Virus record (IMG/VR): IMGVR_UViG_3300020577_005362
Span: 2,218 to 66,217 of that record
DNA: 64,000 nucleotides
Strand: one strand, 5' to 3'
Origin: a virus
Of the stretch, positions 17,640 through 26,988 are shown in pieces (position 1 is the first letter of the stretch; each line of letters opens with the position of its first letter). The position numbers and the translations under genes are program-made. Below the pieces are notes generated by a model. It searched no databases. It had not been told where the DNA came from and was given only the letters and a program-made list of their open reading frames with translations.

Positions 17640-17786
17640 TTAGCTGTGCACTGGTAGCGACCACATTGCGAGGTTGGCCAGATTGAGCGCCACCCACCCC
17701 CATTGCCCGTTAAGCGCGAACGCCAGGATCAGGAGAAGGCAGACCGGGATCATGACCCACCGAAGCACGCGGAAAAACTTGTCCAT
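17640..17786 (-). CDS. 48-aa two-TM peptide
   Basis: MDKFFRVLRWVMIPVCLLLILAFALNGQWGWVALNLANLAMWSLPVHS; RBS gaggtg; stop abuts the hammerhead. Confidence 0.7.
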   Translation of the reverse strand: MDKFFRVLRWVMIPVCLLLILAFALNGQWGWVALNLANLAMWSLPVHS

Positions 17787-17807
17787 TTCACACCTCTACT
17801 GTTGGCA

Positions 17808-17915
17808 GTAACCTTAATGTAACCCATCCGGTTACATAAATCAAGTAGTACGCACCGTCGTTCCGATCAATTTTTTGTGATCTAATAGGGTCTATTAGAA
17901 CTCATCCGGTTACGT
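17808..17915. promoter_or_regulatory. Leftward promoter with palindromic operator; second operator copy before the RHH gene
   Basis: Minus TTGATT-N17-TACATT (17844-17816) with GTAACC-n5-GGTTAC (17819-17835) in the spacer; CATCCGGTTAC repeated at about 17903-17913. Confidence 0.7.
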
Positions 17916-17927
17916 TATATACAAGCC

Positions 17928-18116
17928 ATGAAAACACCGCGTAGAGGCCGCCCGCCTAAACAGGGCAAACCGCTGATGGCAGCGCTTACGATCCGCATGC
18001 CGCAGGCGATGATGGATGAGATCGAGCGCCGCGCCGTCGATCAGGCTGATAACGGCAAAGACAAAGCCGACATCATCCGCGAACTTATTGCGCGGGGGCT
18101 TGGTTGGGCAAAATGA
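17928..18116 (+). CDS. Ribbon-helix-helix (Arc/CopG-like) regulator, probably leaderless
   Basis: RRGRPP, LTIRMPQAMMDEIERRA, KADIIRELIARGL. Confidence 0.8.
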   Translation: MKTPRRGRPPKQGKPLMAALTIRMPQAMMDEIERRAVDQADNGKDKADIIRELIARGLGWAK

Positions 18117-18336
18117 AAGCGCGGGGCCATGTTACGCGATGACGTCAAGCGTAGGCCTGACCAAGGTCGGGTATTCGAGTGATCCGGCTCGTCGTGCGCA
18201 GCAAATATACGGCAAAGGCACAGTTGCGGTCGCGTTCCTCGATTATTTTCGACATGTCGTCGCAATCGACATGACGCAGGCCACGTGTCTACGTTTTGCG
18301 GTTTCGTCGACATATCGTGATTACGGTTATGTCTAA
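18113..18336 (+). pseudogene. Frameshifted GIY-YIG/T5orf172-like nuclease fragment
   Basis: MKARGHV joins YAMTSSVGLTKVGYSSDPARRAQQ if one T is restored near 18131. Confidence 0.55.
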
Positions 18337-18447
18337 GCCAGAACAAAAATACCGCGTCATCGCACCGCATATATTATGCGATAATAGGGCTATTCTAAAA
18401 ACACGAACCATGTAATACGTCTTGTGCTCTGGTTAATCTGGAGCATT

Positions 18448-18488
18448 GCGCCCGCGAGCCGAAAGGTTCTCGCGGGCGTTTGCATTTC
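18448..18488 (+). terminator. Intrinsic terminator
   Basis: gcgcccgcgag-cc-gaaa-gg-tt-ctcgcgggcg followed by tttgcattt. Confidence 0.7.
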
Positions 18489-18528
18489 TGCATCGGCCCG
18501 CAGAATGTTCTGGGAATTGTTCTTGTTT

Positions 18529-18544
18529 CGTTTCACGTGAAACA
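18529..18544. promoter_or_regulatory. parS: Chromosomal-type parS site
   Basis: CGTTTCACGTGAAACA, 15/16 match to consensus TGTTTCACGTGAAACA, intergenic. Confidence 0.75.
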
Positions 18545-18752
18545 GTCAGGAAACAGTTTCCCGGCGCTCGAACTCTCCGCAGTCGCCCGTCCCACGACAC
18601 ACACCCGCGATCACCGTATCCGCAAAAGGTGGGCACGCCGAGCAAACCCGGAGAACCGAGCGCCCGCGCGGGCAGGCGCCAAACGCATGACGCCTCGGTC
18701 AAGCTTTCGCTAGCACCGAGGCGTTGGCAGTCCATGCGATACGCAACACACG

Positions 18753-19286
18753 ATGACGCAACTCACTAACCCGACCACCATCGCTGGTGCGTTTGACGAA
18801 AGGGCGGCAGAAATGGGCGAGTTTCAAGGCAGGCGGCGGTGTACGTTCCCCAAATGCGGCTGCGTAGGCAGTTGCACCCTGGCGAAGAACGTCACGCCCC
18901 CGGTGGTCTATGAGGACGTGCGCAAAGCGCTTCCCCTCGTGAGGCCCCCGGTCGTGGTGGTGCGCGCCAAGCGCAGCAACCCGCCCGCCTCCCTTTCTTC
19001 GACCTACACCCAATTCAACGGCGAGCCCTGCCCCTACTGCGACCGTCCGATGGACACGCGGTCTTGGACGCTCGCGCCCTCGACCGACCACATCAATCCG
19101 ACCAGCCGAGGCGGCAGCGACAAGCCAGCGAACAAGCTTGTGGTTTGCCGTGGCTGCAACGAGGCCAAATCGGGACGCACGCTAGCCGAGTTCCAGGCCT
19201 ACCTGGCCGACCGTCGAGACCCGCGCGCAGCTCACGTGCAGCGCGTCCTCGACAGTCGGCAGACGGCGACCGAAGCCGCCGAATAG
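18753..19286 (+). CDS. HNH endonuclease upstream of the packaging genes
   Basis: CPYC..STDHINPTSRGGSDKPANKLVVCRGCNEAKS. Confidence 0.88.
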   Translation: MTQLTNPTTIAGAFDERAAEMGEFQGRRRCTFPKCGCVGSCTLAKNVTPPVVYEDVRKALPLVRPPVVVVRAKRSNPPASLSSTYTQFNGEPCPYCDRPMDTRSWTLAPSTDHINPTSRGGSDKPANKLVVCRGCNEAKSGRTLAEFQAYLADRRDPRAAHVQRVLDSRQTATEAAE

Positions 19287-19315
19287 CTCTCCACACCCAC
19301 AAGCGAGAAGCGTCG

Positions 19316-19561
19316 ATGTCCGAAGAAGCGACCGCGATCTTGACCATCACCGCTATCGTCTGCGCAGCCGTGCAGATTGTCCTCATGCTGGCGCTCAAGG
19401 CTTGGAAGTGGTGGCGGCACGACCGTCACGAAGCCGAGCGCAAAGCCATGGTCCGCGCGAAATGGCGCGAACTGCACGAGGCTGCAGGCCGGGTTCTCGA
19501 CGATCCCGAGGACGCCCAATACCTCTATCGCCTCGAGCGCGCCGTCTCTGCGCTGCGCTGA
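19316..19561 (+). CDS. Single-TM hypothetical protein
   Basis: Hydrophobic N-terminus. Confidence 0.55.
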   Translation: MSEEATAILTITAIVCAAVQIVLMLALKAWKWWRHDRHEAERKAMVRAKWRELHEAAGRVLDDPEDAQYLYRLERAVSALR

Positions 19562-19724
19562 GGCTCCAGTTTCTGCAAGGTGCGGGGGTTCATCGGGGGC
19601 GGGCTGGCGTCCTACTAACGAGAGAGGGTCGATCCGGCCCCGCACGACGGAATAGGCGCTGAACCCGCCCTCCCGTTTCATTTCCCGGCAAATCGACCCA
19701 TCCAGCCAATACAACGAGGCGCAC

Positions 19725-20059
19725 ATGCTCGTCCATGACGAATACGGCCGAGAGATTGGCCGCTTCCCCATCGACTGGGACTGCGAACGCATCCTGCTCG
19801 ACTACGGGTCGGTCAAGATCGCTTGTCCGCTTCCCCCGTTCAAGGCCCCTCCATCGTCCGCATCGATAAGCGCGGCAAGCAGTACGTCGCTTCCCCGGCG
19901 CTGCACGCCCGCTACCTGATCGCATGGCACCACGCCAACGAGCTCTCGCGCCGCGTCTTCCGGTCAAGCCTCAATCACATGGACTGCGAAGCCGCTCAAG
20001 CCGAGCGTGACCGGCTCTGGTCCGAGGTGCAGCAGAACGCGGCACGCGCTGTCGCATAA
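19725..20059 (+). CDS. Hypothetical; two overlapping ORFs (19725..19919, 19823..20059), possibly one frameshifted gene
   Basis: RBS before 19725; plausible coding sequence switches frame near 19840. Confidence 0.4.
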
Positions 20060-20255
20060 CCCACATCACCAGGGCCGCAAGCCCTTCTCCCGTAGGTGCT
20101 AGGACCGAGCGAGAGGCCAAGGACCCGACGACGTTGCCTAGACGCACGATCCCTCGTCCCGCGGCTCTGGTGATCATCTCTATACAGAACAAAACCCCGT
20201 CAGGCACGGGTCATGGTCGCTTGAAGCGCTCATGCAACAGATAGGCTAAGACACA

Positions 20256-20828
20256 ATGGCTAGTAAAAACAAGGGGAAGGCCCAGGTTCAAAAGTCCCGC
20301 AAGACGAAGCGCGACACGAGCCCGAAGCAGGCGGCCAAGGACATCGAGCGCATGGAGTGGATCGATACCGCTCTCGCGCTGCGCCGCAAGGCGTGGAACT
20401 ACCGCCGCATCGCCGCTGAAATGTCCAAGCCCAAGGGCGAAGGCCACGGCATCGGACGGTCGGTCGCGTTCTCGACTGTCGCGAAATGGGTCAAGGAGGG
20501 GATGGACATGATCCCCGTCGAGAATGCCGAGATCGTCAAGCAGATGCACCTCGACCGCCTCGACGAACTGATGCGCATGACATGGCGCGAAGTTGAGGAA
20601 GCCGACGAGGCCAACGAGGGCGTATCGCCCGCAGTCTTCAGCCGCGTGATGCGCATCATGGACCGGCAGGCCCAATATATCGGCCTCTACGCGCCGGAGG
20701 GTGGCGGCAGCGCTGCCAACCGCATCGCGGACGCGTTCGCCGACCCCGACAACTACGCGAAGATCGTCGCCGCCAGCGCGCCGACCATCAGCCCAGATGG
20801 GCCCATGCCCGTCAATCCGATCCTTTAG
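20256..20828 (+). CDS. terS: Terminase small subunit
   Basis: ALALRRKAWNYRRIA HTH, IMDRQAQYIGLYAP motif; directly upstream of terL. Confidence 0.75.
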   Translation: MASKNKGKAQVQKSRKTKRDTSPKQAAKDIERMEWIDTALALRRKAWNYRRIAAEMSKPKGEGHGIGRSVAFSTVAKWVKEGMDMIPVENAEIVKQMHLDRLDELMRMTWREVEEADEANEGVSPAVFSRVMRIMDRQAQYIGLYAPEGGGSAANRIADAFADPDNYAKIVAASAPTISPDGPMPVNPIL

Positions 20829-20877
20829 TCGCCGCGAAACGGACCTCGAGGGGCCTGGGCGGCAGGAGTGCCACCCC

Positions 20878-22248
20878 ATGCAGCTTCGACTTGCCGACAA
20901 GCCGAGCGCTGTTTCGCCCGCCGCGATACAGCTCACTCGAAAGCAAGCCAACATTTTCGTGTTTGGCTGGCAACCCTACGCGCGTTTTCGCTACGCCGTC
21001 TGCGGCCGCCGCTTCGGCAAGACCTATCTAGCCGTCGAGGAGATCAAGCGCGCTTACCGGCTCGCGGTGAAGCACAACATTCACCCCGACAACGAGATCT
21101 GGTACGGCGCGCCAATATTCAAACAGGCCAAGCGCGTGTTCTGGAACCGCCTCAAGCGTGCAATCCCAGAGGATTGGCTGGGTGGCAAACCCAACAACAC
21201 CGAATGCGTGTTGCCGATGCGCTGCGGCCGGATCATCCGGCTCGTCGGTCTCGATGATATCGACGCCCTGCGCGGCTCGGGCCTGTGGTTCTTTGTCGGC
21301 GACGAGTGGGACGACGCCAAGCCCGAAGCCTGGACCGAAGCCATTCGGCCCATGCTCGCGAGCGCCAACGGCCACGCGCTGAAGATCGGCACGCCCAAGG
21401 GTTTCGGCATGCTCTACGACGGGTTTTGCGACGGCCAGCCAGGCCGCTTCAAGCCAGGCGAGCAGCAGTATGTCGCCGAGATCCAGGGTCGCGACCCGTT
21501 CACGATGTCGTGGAAGTACAATTCCATCGAGGGCGGCAACGTCCCTCAGCACGAAATCGACCACGCCCGGCGCACGCTCGACCCCCGCACCTTTCGCCAG
21601 GAATGGGAAGCGAGTTTCGAGACCTATTCGGGCCGCGTCTACTACGACTTCGACCGGCGCGAGAGCGTTCGTCCGATCTCCTACGACCCCGGCCGACCCA
21701 TCCACATTGGGCTGGATTTCAACGTCAACCCGATGTCGGCGACGCTGTTTCAGGAGCGGATCGAGGGCGGCAAGGTGATCTCGGAGATGTTCCGCGAGAT
21801 CGTCATCCCGACTTCGAACACGCACGAAATGGCGCGCGAGATTTCGACGCTCTTTCCGCAGGCCTTCAAGGACAAGCAGATCTGGATCTATCCCGACCCC
21901 GCCGGCGCGCAGAACCGCACGTCGGCACAGGGCGAGACCGATATCTCGATCCTGCGCAAGTCCGGCTTTCACGTCTACGCGATGTCGACGCATCCGCTGG
22001 TTCGCGACCGCGTCAACCTCGTCAACGGCCGCATCAAGTCGGCGGACGGCGATCGCCACCTGTTCGTCGATCCGTCCTGCCGACAGGCGATCAAGTCGCT
22101 CGAGCGCCACGTCTACAAGGAAGGCACGAGCGAGCCCGAGAAGGGCGAATTCGACCACTTGAACGATGCCGTGGGCTACTACGCATACACCCGTTTCGCC
22201 CACCAACGCGCGCACACCGCGGCCGTCGCGCCGCACATGACCCGATAA
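20878..22248 (+). CDS. terL: Terminase large subunit
   Basis: Walker A CGRRFGKT, LRGSGL..VGDE, IGTPKG, RNase H-like IGLDFN, DHLNDAVGY. Confidence 0.96.
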   Translation: MQLRLADKPSAVSPAAIQLTRKQANIFVFGWQPYARFRYAVCGRRFGKTYLAVEEIKRAYRLAVKHNIHPDNEIWYGAPIFKQAKRVFWNRLKRAIPEDWLGGKPNNTECVLPMRCGRIIRLVGLDDIDALRGSGLWFFVGDEWDDAKPEAWTEAIRPMLASANGHALKIGTPKGFGMLYDGFCDGQPGRFKPGEQQYVAEIQGRDPFTMSWKYNSIEGGNVPQHEIDHARRTLDPRTFRQEWEASFETYSGRVYYDFDRRESVRPISYDPGRPIHIGLDFNVNPMSATLFQERIEGGKVISEMFREIVIPTSNTHEMAREISTLFPQAFKDKQIWIYPDPAGAQNRTSAQGETDISILRKSGFHVYAMSTHPLVRDRVNLVNGRIKSADGDRHLFVDPSCRQAIKSLERHVYKEGTSEPEKGEFDHLNDAVGYYAYTRFAHQRAHTAAVAPHMTR

Positions 22249-22260
22249 ACGGAGAGCACC

Positions 22261-23895
22261 ATGCTCGACACCATCAAGGCGCTGATCCCCGAGGACAGCG
22301 ACATGCCCGCGCGGTCGCGCGAGATCCATATCCGCGAACTGTTCCGCACCGGCGAAATCTACGACGTGAAGGACAGCGGCGGCCAGCCGGCGCTGCGCGA
22401 GTTCCACGAGGAGCGCAACAGCAACGACGATTACGTGCCGCTGCACAAGCGCAAGCCGTCCGTGCGCTATGGCCTCGCCGCGATCATCGTCAACGACACG
22501 ACCTCGCTTCTGTTCGGCGACGACCACTTCCCGGCCTTCGAGATCAAGAAGATCGAGAAGCGGCTCGGCAAGAAGCCGAAGCGCCGCAAGCCCGGTGCCG
22601 AACCTTCGGTCGCCGAGGTCGAGGCCGATGCTTTCGGCGAGCAGATCGACGACGTGTTGCAGGACCTCAAGAAGGAAATTCGCCTGCAGCAGATCATGCT
22701 CGAGGGCGCCGTGATCGGTTCTGCGGGCTCGGTCTGCTTCACGTTTCGCGTTCTGAAGGGCCGCATCTTCGTCAAGCCGGTCTCGACCAAGGACCTCACG
22801 CCTGAGTGGGACCCGGAAGAGCCCGACAAGCTGCTGCGCGTCGTCGAGAAATACAAGGTCCGCGGCGCAGCACTGCGCGCCATGGGCTACGTGGTCGAGG
22901 AAAAGGATCTCAATCGGCAGTTCTGGTTCCAACGGATCTGGGACCGCCAGCGCGAGATCTGGTTCATCCCCTGGCCGGTGCTGAGGCAGAAGGGCGACGA
23001 GCTCACCGCTTACCCGGAAGGGCCGACCGAGGACGCTTCGCGCACGATCAGCCACAGCTTGGGCTTCGTGCCGATGGTCTGGGCCAAGAACCTGCCCGGC
23101 GGCGATGACATCGACGGCGAGTGCACGTTCCGGCTTGGCATGCAAAACGCGCTGGAGATCGACTATCAGATCAGCCAGGGCGGCCGCGGCCTCAAGTACT
23201 CGTCCGACCCGACGCTGCACATCCGCGACCCGGGCTACGAAAGCATCGGCGCGGGTACGCCCATCGTCAAGGGTGGCGACAACGCGCTGGTGACGGGCCC
23301 CGACAGCGAGGTCAAGCTGCTCGAGATCTCGGGCACGGCCTCGAAAGCGGTCGAGGACTATGCACGGTTCGTGCGTGAGATCACGCTGGAACTGTGCGGC
23401 GGAAACCGCACGACACCTGAGAAACTGTCGGGCGCACAGTCCGGCAAGGCCATGGAACTGATGAACCAGGGCCTGATCTGGGTGACGAAGCGGCTGCGCA
23501 CGTCCTACGGCGACGGCGCGCTCGTCGATATCCTCAAGATGGTGCTCGATGCGAACCAGGTCTTCCCCCTGCGCATCGGCGGCATCCAATACGACAAGGG
23601 CGATCTGCCCGCGTCGAGCAAGGTCTCGGTCAATCTCGTGTGGCCCGCTTGGTATCCGCCGACGGCGGCCGACGACGCCAACGAAGCGACCGCGATCAAG
23701 ACCAATCGCGAGGCAGGTGTTCTCAGTCGCGAAACCGCGGTGCGCAAGCTCGCATCGCGCTACGACATCGAGGACCCGATGGAGGAGATCGATCGCATCG
23801 ATCACGACCTTCAGTTGGATGCCGACCGAGAGATCGAGACGCAGACGGCCATCAAGCCGCCCGCGTCTCCCAAGCTCGCGAAGGACGCGGCCTAA
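22261..23895 (+). CDS. Portal protein (SPP1-like)
   Basis: 544 aa after terL; SLLFG, LGFVPMVW, QSGKAME, GVLSRETAV. Confidence 0.88.
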   Translation: MLDTIKALIPEDSDMPARSREIHIRELFRTGEIYDVKDSGGQPALREFHEERNSNDDYVPLHKRKPSVRYGLAAIIVNDTTSLLFGDDHFPAFEIKKIEKRLGKKPKRRKPGAEPSVAEVEADAFGEQIDDVLQDLKKEIRLQQIMLEGAVIGSAGSVCFTFRVLKGRIFVKPVSTKDLTPEWDPEEPDKLLRVVEKYKVRGAALRAMGYVVEEKDLNRQFWFQRIWDRQREIWFIPWPVLRQKGDELTAYPEGPTEDASRTISHSLGFVPMVWAKNLPGGDDIDGECTFRLGMQNALEIDYQISQGGRGLKYSSDPTLHIRDPGYESIGAGTPIVKGGDNALVTGPDSEVKLLEISGTASKAVEDYARFVREITLELCGGNRTTPEKLSGAQSGKAMELMNQGLIWVTKRLRTSYGDGALVDILKMVLDANQVFPLRIGGIQYDKGDLPASSKVSVNLVWPAWYPPTAADDANEATAIKTNREAGVLSRETAVRKLASRYDIEDPMEEIDRIDHDLQLDADREIETQTAIKPPASPKLAKDAA

Positions 23896-24159
23896 GCGCC
23901 CGCTTCGCGTTGAGGGCGGCAAGGAGAGGCGACACGCGAGGGGCGAGCAACGCTCAATCCCCTGCCGTCCCTTCCGCTCAACTGCCCGCCAGGCCTCGCG
24001 CCTGGCTCTCGAAAGCCTTCGCCCTGGCCCAGGTCGCGCCTGGGGTTGCGAGGGTCGGCTGAGCTAGACAGCCGGAACGCCTGCAAGCCTGCTGTTCGAC
24101 TGTCGGGGCTGGTCCCCACAAGACCGTCGAACGGTTCCAAGCCTACCGCCTACCCAATC

Positions 24160-24214
24160 GCCCAAGGTGCTCCTCGACGCTGGTCGTCGGGGCAGCCCTT
24201 GGGCTTTTGCTTTT
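24160..24214 (+). terminator. Long hairpin with T tract
   Basis: gcccaagg..ccttgggc followed by ttttgctttt. Confidence 0.65.
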
Positions 24215-24260
24215 CCCACACACCCTCCTTGACGGAGGACCACCACACAAGGGCAATCCC

Positions 24261-24965
24261 ATGAAGATCAACATGACCGGCGACAGCTGGGATGCGCTTC
24301 TGCGCATCGTCCGCGACACCGCCACCGAAGGCAGCGACACCTCGACGACCAAGAAGCCGAACGGCCGCGCGTCCTACATGGACGACGAGGGCGATGACGG
24401 CGAGGGCGACGACGAGAACCCCGGCCCGTCGCGCGACGTGAAGGAATGGCGCACGTATGCGCAGGGCCTGCGCAAGGTGCAGGGCAAGTATCGCACCGAG
24501 CGCAACGACGCCCGCCGCCAGCTCGCCGAGATCCAGGCCCAGCGTGAAGCCGACAAGGCCGCACGCGAAGCTGACCTCGCAGCACTGCGCACCGAGAGCG
24601 AGAACGCGAAGAACGCGGCCATCGCAGAAGCGCGCGCCGCAGGCGATCAGCGTCTCGTGCGCTATCACCTCAAGGCCGCCCTCGGCGCAGAAAAGTGCAA
24701 GGACGTTGACGACGCCTTGAAAATTATCGACGCATCGGGTATCAAGATTTCCGACGCTGGCGATGTTGAGGGTGCAGAAGCCCTGATCGCCGAGCTCAAG
24801 AAGTCGAAGCCCTATCTGTTCGACGGCGTCGCGTCCTCCACCACGTCCTCCACGTCTGCAACTCCTCCCCGCGATGCGGGTGGGGCGAAGCACGCCAAGG
24901 ACATGAGCAAGGAAGAATACGACGCCGCGCTGCGTAAGTTTACCGGGGGCGGTGTCCGCCGGTAA
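24261..24965 (+). CDS. Capsid scaffolding protein
   Basis: Acidic N-terminus, coiled coil, LKKSKPYLF motif; between portal and capsid. Confidence 0.85.
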   Translation: MKINMTGDSWDALLRIVRDTATEGSDTSTTKKPNGRASYMDDEGDDGEGDDENPGPSRDVKEWRTYAQGLRKVQGKYRTERNDARRQLAEIQAQREADKAAREADLAALRTESENAKNAAIAEARAAGDQRLVRYHLKAALGAEKCKDVDDALKIIDASGIKISDAGDVEGAEALIAELKKSKPYLFDGVASSTTSSTSATPPRDAGGAKHAKDMSKEEYDAALRKFTGGGVRR

Positions 24966-24982
24966 TCCAGCGTTAAACCGGA

Positions 24983-25006
24983 CCATCGGGCGCAGGCCGC
25001 CATGGG
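24983..25006 (+). promoter_or_regulatory. Repeated element, copy 1 (CATCGGGCGCAGGCCGCCA core)
   Basis: Core identical to copies at 29107 and 36000. Confidence 0.75.
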
Positions 25007-25033
25007 TCACCTCAACTTAAAGAGGGGGCCCAT

Positions 25034-26365
25034 ATGGGCATTCAGAACCTTCCGACCGCTTTGCAGCCTGCGATCCAGCAGGGTTTCCTCGAGCGCCAGT
25101 TCCGCACTGGCCTTGAGAGTTCGACCGTCTATCGCTCGATCGCCGACCCCGAGATTTTCCCCTCGAACGTCGGTGAAACCATCACCAAGACCCGGAAGGG
25201 ACTGAAGGCGCCGGTCACGACGCCGACGAACCCCTCGACGAACACCAACCTCGACAACGGCATGACCGCGTCGGGCTGGACGGTCGAGCAATACACGCTC
25301 GGCGTCGATATGTATAACGACACCATCGACCTCAACATGGTGACGAGCCGTGTCGGCATCGAGGGCCACTTCGTCCACAACGCCTACACCAACGGGCGCC
25401 AGGCCGCGCAGTCGATCGACCGCATCGCGCGGAAGACGATCATCAACGGTTACATGGGCGGCAACACCCGCGTGACCGCAACGCTCGGCTCGAACGGCCC
25501 GACCATCAACGTCGATGACGTGCGCGGCTTCCTCCAGATGCCGGTCAACGGTGTCATGAAGGACGTCTCGACCACGAACAAGATGTCGGTGCTGGTCAAC
25601 GGCACGGCCTACAACCTCCAGGCCGTAGCCATCGACGGATCGAACACCTCGAGCGTCGCGGCGCTCGGCGGCATGTCCGGCACGTTGACCATGGACGCCA
25701 ACGTCATCGTCGCCAACGGCACGACCAATAACCCGGTCGTCTCCGTCTACGCGCCGACGATGCTGCGCCCGAATGGTCGCGCCACGACCAAGAAGCTGAC
25801 CGGCGCGGACATCTTCTCGATGGGCCTCGTGCTCGACGGCGTCACGCAGCTGCGCAACAACGGCGTGGATACGGTCGACGGCTTCTATAACTGCTACATC
25901 GACAACACGAGCCAGCGGCAGCTTTTCGCTGACCCGGACTTCAAGCAGCTTTTCCAGGGCCGCAACGCCACGGAAGAGTTCCGCAAGGCCCGCGTCATCG
26001 AACTGCTCGACGTGCGGTTCTATCCCACGACCGAGGCGGTGCAGCAGCAGATCTCGAACGAGAGCAGCGCCACGATCAACGTGCACCGCCCGTTCCTGTG
26101 CGGCGCCGGCACGCTGGTCGAAGGCATCTACGCCGACACGGCCTACACCGACCTCCCCACGAACCCGAACTCGATCATCGAGGTCGTGAACGGGGTGGCG
26201 ATGGTGACGCGTCCGCCGCTCGATCGCCTCGGCCAAATCATCGGTCAGTCGTGGTACTACATCGGCGGGTTCGCCCTGCCGACCGACGTCACCGCGACGC
26301 AGACCATCATCCCAACCGCTTCTCAGGCATTCCTGAAGCGCGGCGTCATGATGGAACACGCCTAA
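25034..26365 (+). CDS. Major capsid protein
   Basis: 443 aa directly after the scaffold; strong codon bias; RPPLDRLGQIIGQSWY. Confidence 0.85.
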   Translation: MGIQNLPTALQPAIQQGFLERQFRTGLESSTVYRSIADPEIFPSNVGETITKTRKGLKAPVTTPTNPSTNTNLDNGMTASGWTVEQYTLGVDMYNDTIDLNMVTSRVGIEGHFVHNAYTNGRQAAQSIDRIARKTIINGYMGGNTRVTATLGSNGPTINVDDVRGFLQMPVNGVMKDVSTTNKMSVLVNGTAYNLQAVAIDGSNTSSVAALGGMSGTLTMDANVIVANGTTNNPVVSVYAPTMLRPNGRATTKKLTGADIFSMGLVLDGVTQLRNNGVDTVDGFYNCYIDNTSQRQLFADPDFKQLFQGRNATEEFRKARVIELLDVRFYPTTEAVQQQISNESSATINVHRPFLCGAGTLVEGIYADTAYTDLPTNPNSIIEVVNGVAMVTRPPLDRLGQIIGQSWYYIGGFALPTDVTATQTIIPTASQAFLKRGVMMEHA

Positions 26366-26682
26366 TGGCGGATATCATCCGCGGTCAGAAGCGGAAGAAC
26401 TCTCTGGTGCGGCCCAACGGGGCCGCGCCAGTCGAGAACGATCCGACGCCTCAACTCGGCGAGCGCGAATACCTGCTGCCTGCCGAAGCGGCCGAGATCG
26501 TCCACACACCTGTTGCCGCCGAGAAGCGCCCCATGGCGCCGCTCGCGATCCTTCCGGCCCGCGACTTCCTCGTGTCGGTCGGCAATCAACTGCTGCAATT
26601 CCGTGGCGGTCTGCGTGTGACGGTCGAGCCGCATGTTCTCCAGGTGCTCGACGACGCGGGCGCCCCCTACACGAAAGCCTGA
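26365..26682 (+). CDS. Hypothetical virion-associated protein
   Basis: TAATG overlap with the capsid stop. Confidence 0.6.
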   Translation: MADIIRGQKRKNSLVRPNGAAPVENDPTPQLGEREYLLPAEAAEIVHTPVAAEKRPMAPLAILPARDFLVSVGNQLLQFRGGLRVTVEPHVLQVLDDAGAPYTKA

Positions 26683-26686
26683 AGCC

Positions 26687-26977
26687 ATGGACCGACAGTC
26701 GATGCCCGTATGCTCGGGCGAGCAGTCGAAGCTCAATATCTCGGCCGCGACAGTCGTCAAGGTCGGGCCCGGCCGCGTCGTCCGCGTGTCGGTGGTCACG
26801 AACGGTTCGGCCGCTGGCACCATCAACGACTGCGCCACGACGGGCGCTGCGGCGACCGCCAATGCCGTTTTCACCGTCCCGAATGCCGCTGGAACGCACC
26901 TTCTCGATTTCCCCGTCAACGATGGGATTGTCGTCGCGCCCGGCACAGGGCAAGTCCTGGCCGTGACGTTCTCCTGA
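26687..26977 (+). CDS. Small structural protein
   Basis: Beta-rich; GIVVAPGTGQVLAVTF. Confidence 0.65.
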   Translation: MDRQSMPVCSGEQSKLNISAATVVKVGPGRVVRVSVVTNGSAAGTINDCATTGAAATANAVFTVPNAAGTHLLDFPVNDGIVVAPGTGQVLAVTFS

Positions 26978-26988
26978 TCGAGGCCGCC

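Noticed and set aside
19580-19675. HDV-like ribozyme
   Set aside because: Crossing P1/P2 present but no P3/L3, P1.1 or J4/2 catalytic C pattern; kept only as a generic structure
21028-23922. 964-aa minus-strand ORF (also 4429..6561, 25007..26359, 33685..35511, 47100..48803)
   Set aside because: Antisense shadows of clearly recognisable plus-strand genes in GC-rich DNA; no motifs
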